Below are positions 57,621-64,000 of a stretch of DNA of 64,000 nt, in pieces. Numbering within the stretch: position 1 is the stretch's first letter; the number at the start of each line of letters is the position of its first letter. Origin of the DNA: Ascidiella aspersa. Taxonomy: Eukaryota. The stretch is from contig OZ004609.1 in the NCBI GenBank assembly GCA_963924565.1, forward strand, positions 11,098,001 to 11,162,000. The letters are read 5' to 3'. The notes beneath the pieces are model-generated. The model saw only the letters and a list, made by a program, of their open reading frames with translations. It did not search any database and was not told the origin of the DNA. Position numbers and translations under genes: made by a program.

Positions 57621-58145
57621 CAGGGGTTCCCAACCTTTTTTACACCGTGGCCCCCTTTGAAAATTTTGAGAAATCAATGGCCCCCCTATTTTCCCAACCT
57701 TTTTAAAAAAATCAAGGAACGTCATTTCAATTGAAAAACTGGTTTAGATAGTAACCGGCAATTAGAATGATAAAATAATATAACTACAACACACAGTAAA
57801 CATGATAGTACACTAATTAGTTGTTAGCCTACATATTCCGTTAATGTGATGGTTGGGCTCGTTTTTGCTCTGACAATGTCTAAATTGCTGGTTTACTGGT
57901 GGAAAGAGCCAGCAGCATATTATATTGAATATCCAAGACACTACGCTGCTTGGTCTTCAGAAGTAACGTTGTTGAAAACCCACATTCACAATGATAGGTT
58001 GATGGCAAAGGAAACAGCAATGACATGACAAATTTCATTGAGCTGGGTACAAATCGCTTAGTTTGCCCAAAATGTGTTCAAACTATCTTTCTCAAAGCGA
58101 ACTGGATAAATAAAAACTCTTTGGGCCACAGGTTGGGAACCCCTG
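57621..58145. mobile_element. hAT MITE upstream of PSMA1
   Basis: TIR CAGGGGTTCCCAACCT; TSD CTGTATTG/CTGTAATG. Confidence 0.88.
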
Positions 58146-58489
58146 CTGTAATGGATAAAATTAGTGTAAAAGCATACACTGACCCGGATTAGGCATTACC
58201 GGCAAAATGCTTGGTAATGTTGTTGAATTGAATGTGAAACAAGAAAAGTTGTTAAATGGGATATAAAATTTCGTTATTTATGGTATTACAATAGACAATA
58301 AAATAAGTTGGCTTAGATGTTTCAATAAGCGTTTTAAATCTGAAAATTGCCGGTAGTTAATTATTTAACATAACGTTTGTGCCTTACTTTTAAAAAATCT
58401 ATGTTTCTTCTTTATACGTATCTTTTACAAAAAAGTAACTTATCTTTTTTTTGTAGATTTTTAGGTTACAGAATACAATAATTGTAAGA

Positions 58490-63398
<4,909 letters not shown>

Positions 63399-63532
63399 AA
63401 AAAGACACCACTCATTTCGGCCACTGATTTTGCTGCAAGTTCATTCCTTCGCAACGCGTGTTCAGTGCGGGTTTATACGGACGCCGGATATCAACTAAGT
63501 TCACTTCTCCTTTTTGTTGTTTGCGTTCGTCA

Positions 63533-63538
63533 AATAAA
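63533..63538 (+). terminator. probable PSMA1 polyadenylation signal
   Basis: AATAAA 135 nt after the stop codon. Confidence 0.5.
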
Positions 63539-63742
63539 GTAAGCTGCTTAGCATCCCCGTGTTTTGCATGAGATCGTTATCGAAAAAAAAAATGTTTTAG
63601 AGAGGCAGAACGCGTTAAGTACGGTTATAACGCTAGGGTTATATTGCGGCGTAATTACTCTTTGCGGCAACATTTTTTTTTATTCGTTTGTATTTTAAGG
63701 CAACTAAAAAAACAGCTTCATAAAAAAGAGATCGTTATAGAC

Positions 63743-64000
63743 CAGCGGTTCCCAAACTAGGGTCCGCGGACCAAATGGGGTCCCAGAGGGCCCGCAATAA
63801 GAATTAGGCTTTAGCGAATGTTTTTAAACACTATCTGTCATTAGTATTAGTCTTTATTTATACTTTCATATTCCATAATATAGCGTGTTTTATCATGTAT
63901 CTTGTGACATTATAAAACATCTATTATGCTGTACTACCTGCTATCAGCGAATCGTCCGCATTAGTTAGAAAGTTGTTACATCAGATAAGAGAATGGTGAC
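63743..64000. mobile_element. left end of a hAT element running off the window
   Basis: CAGCGGTTCCCAAAC preceded by TTATAGAC; GGTCCGCGGACC subterminal palindrome. Confidence 0.6.

Overview
Eukaryotic (animal, probably invertebrate chordate/tunicate-like; species not determinable) genomic DNA. It holds three multi-exon genes that I reconstructed by hand with phase-consistent GT-AG junctions. (1) A MET/RON-family receptor tyrosine kinase on the minus strand (17 coding exons, 14046->76, ~1530 aa) with an unusually long, EGFR-like C-terminal tail. (2) A D-type cyclin on the minus strand (6 coding exons, 47112->27104, ~318 aa) inside a ~25 kb CpG-rich domain carrying clusters of Su(H)/RBPJ, TCF and CRE motifs. 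(3) Proteasome subunit alpha type-1 on the plus strand (7 coding exons, 58490->63398, ~283 aa). Between MET and cyclin D lies a decayed hAT (Buster/GTF2IRD2-like) transposon. It is interrupted by a 2.9 kb Ty3/Gypsy element with identical LTRs, no protease or RT, an intact RNase H-integrase ORF, and a primer-binding site complementary to its own LTR (self-priming signature). The window also contains many hAT MITEs, two TA-flanked non-autonomous DNA elements, and a 446 bp palindrome carrying two inverted minimal hammerhead ribozyme motifs. No database searches were run.
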